A stretch of 64,000 nucleotides of DNA from Macrostomum lignano (Eukaryota). The position numbers and the translations under genes were made by a program. The notes under the pieces are model-generated. The model was not told the origin of the DNA. It saw only the letters and a program-made list of their open reading frames with translations, and made no database searches. Position 1 is the stretch's first letter, and each line of letters starts with the position of its first letter. Below are positions 62,184 to 64,000 of this stretch, piece by piece. The stretch covers positions 186,001 to 250,000 of the forward strand of contig NIVC01001255.1 of the NCBI GenBank assembly GCA_002269645.1, read 5' to 3'.

Positions 62184-63645
62184 TGGCTGGGCTTCAAGTC
62201 AGATGTATAAGATGCAGCGAAGTCAGCTATTTTTTCCATTTCAACTAGGAGGCCAATCTTTTATCTATTTCCGTTTTAAAAGGTTTGTTTATTTAAAGTT
62301 AAACAGTAGAAGGATTCAACGAGTTGGTCGGATTAGTCTTTAAAGGAAATATAGATAACAAAACTCGCTATAGGCTGCAGCGCTCAGAATGGAATAAAAT
62401 TTTCCGGACTAAAAAACGATTAAAAGTTTTTGTTTTACTGTCTGCTGGGGTCGGGTTAAACAAAACATAACAGTGCACAATAACGCACAGAGTCTAAAAT
62501 GTTAAAGGGGCTTTTAGAGAGAATGAGAGAGAAGTCTGCGAGTTAAACTAAATATTTCTCTACTCAAGCAATCCGTGCTCAGCTGCTAATTAAGATAATT
62601 AGCTCGATTATTTTGTCTCTCATTTTCTCTCCTGATTGCCATATATAGAAACATAATTCCGCGAATGAAACGATAGCAAAAATGTCGAAACATCGAAAGA
62701 ACAAGAACAGCTTTTTGTCTTTTTTAAATAGCTATTGCTCCTTAGTCAAGGTGGGATTTTGATAACAGCTTCAAAGGAATATTGCTTAATAATAGGCCGC
62801 ACTTATTACCGGTTTCCAGAGAGCAGTTATAACAAATTACTTACTTTGGTCGGTCTTAGATAATTAATAATAAAATCTAAAGCCTAAAACGGCACACTTA
62901 TTGGGCATGGCTTCGCAATGAAAGATAAAAGCGGGTTGCATGAAAGCGTGTTTCGAAACGCTGCACAAGTGGTACAAAAAATTGCATTGTGCCAATTTAA
63001 AAAGCGGCTTGGTCTACAGAACTTTGGACAAATAAAAAACAACATCAGCTTGATTTTACTATCGAAAGAGTTTCGCTTACAACAGAATTAATAATTAATT
63101 AAGCTGAGCAGTGCGCATTAGAAAGCAAAAAAACTAAAGCTGTTTGACTTGACACTGCCATCAAGCTGAACGCGTGAACAGATTTTTTATCATAATTTTT
63201 TAAATAGATTCCTAATAATATAGTATTTTGAAAGCTACACAACACAATTCTGGCGGAGACAATTAAAAAGCTGACAGAGATTAACATGCATACAGAGAAG
63301 TTCTATAAAGTACACGAGATAATTGGAGCAGCCGGACAGGAAGGAGCTTTTAGAGCCATATCTAAACTTTTTAAATATACATGTAGCTTTGCTTTTATGT
63401 ACGAGCGTGAAATTCGACTAAGCTATTTTTAGACTGCTTTTATCAGACTTATCACACGGGCTCTGTACATTCTGGCTGCGTACTCAGCCCCCTCTGTGGG
63501 GGGAGGCAAAGTGAATTAACTCCAACCAATCAGAGTCCAGCCCAGCCTAAACCAAGGGGACGAAATTAAAGCACCCCCACCCCAAGCACAGCGCAGCAAA
63601 AGGCGGTAATGAATATGTGCATTTAGCTTAGCTTGAAGGGAACAT

Positions 63646-63850
63646 TCAGTCAAACCGTTGATCTGGCTTGTCGTGACTTTCCGCCATAAACTCTGCCGCC
63701 TGTTTGTCCATGTCCGCCTGGATGACTGCCGGAGGCTGGGCGCCCTCCTGCCACACGGACACGAGTCGCTGCTTGTCAATCACCAGACGTTGCTCCGGCC
63801 GTCTGGGATTAACATAGTACCGAGTTCGCTGTTCGAGACGCATTACCAGA
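63646..63850 (-). CDS. Probable terminal exon of an unidentified gene lying mostly beyond the window
   Basis: Acceptor ttctccgttttgacag|; GC-rich frame LVMRLEQRTRYYVNPRRPEQRLVIDKQRLVSVWQE...RFD*; further acceptor-like site at 63948. Confidence 0.4.
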
Positions 63851-64000
63851 CTGTCAAAACGGAGAATGGTAATTGCTGCTTGTCAGTCACTTCTGTTCGG
63901 TTTTGCGATTATTATTGATAGGCCAAAGATGCGCTCACTAGAAGAAAAGAAAGAGTGAACTAGAAACCTTTCTAGAGGATTTCAATGGCTCGGAAATTTC

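Noticed and set aside
48536-62343. Giant ORFs of up to 2317 aa (SGEYGCQESMGVRRVWV repeats)
   Set aside because: Simple consequence of a stop-free 17-bp unit; all three frames are open and there are no gene signals.

Overview
Eukaryotic (metazoan) genomic DNA: short GC-rich exons separated by introns that are mostly private minisatellites. This architecture suggests a macrostomid flatworm such as Macrostomum (inference, not provable here). Genes reconstructed by hand, checking GT-AG sites and phase: (1) ASB13-like ankyrin gene (-; 4582-4179, 2268-2085, 135-<1, runs off the window). (2) SETDB1/eggless H3K9 methyltransferase (-; at least 8 exons, 16371 to 7275) with triple Tudor, MBD, pre-SET, a very short SET insertion and post-SET. 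(3) Intronless melatonin-receptor-like GPCR (+; 22340-23869). (4) 7-exon GnRH/vasopressin-superfamily GPCR (+; 34592-38652). (5) Two tandem divergent CS/p23-like genes (-; about 41.4-44.5 kb). (6) A probable terminal exon near 63.7 kb. Mobile DNA: a deleted Crypton-like tyrosine-recombinase element, two complementary P-superfamily THAP derivatives with 8-bp TSDs, a 30-bp TIR-only mini-element, hAT- and Harbinger-like MITEs, tRNA-derived SINEs, a LINE 3' end, and a BEL/Pao gag relic inside a 3.6-kb strongly CpG-depleted block whose stop codons are TAG, apparently from CAG/TGG. A 13.8-kb 17-bp satellite with an approximately 2.3-kb higher-order period fills 48.35-62.18 kb. Most long ORFs in the supplied track are repeat artefacts. 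Protein family assignments are from recalled motifs; no database search was run.
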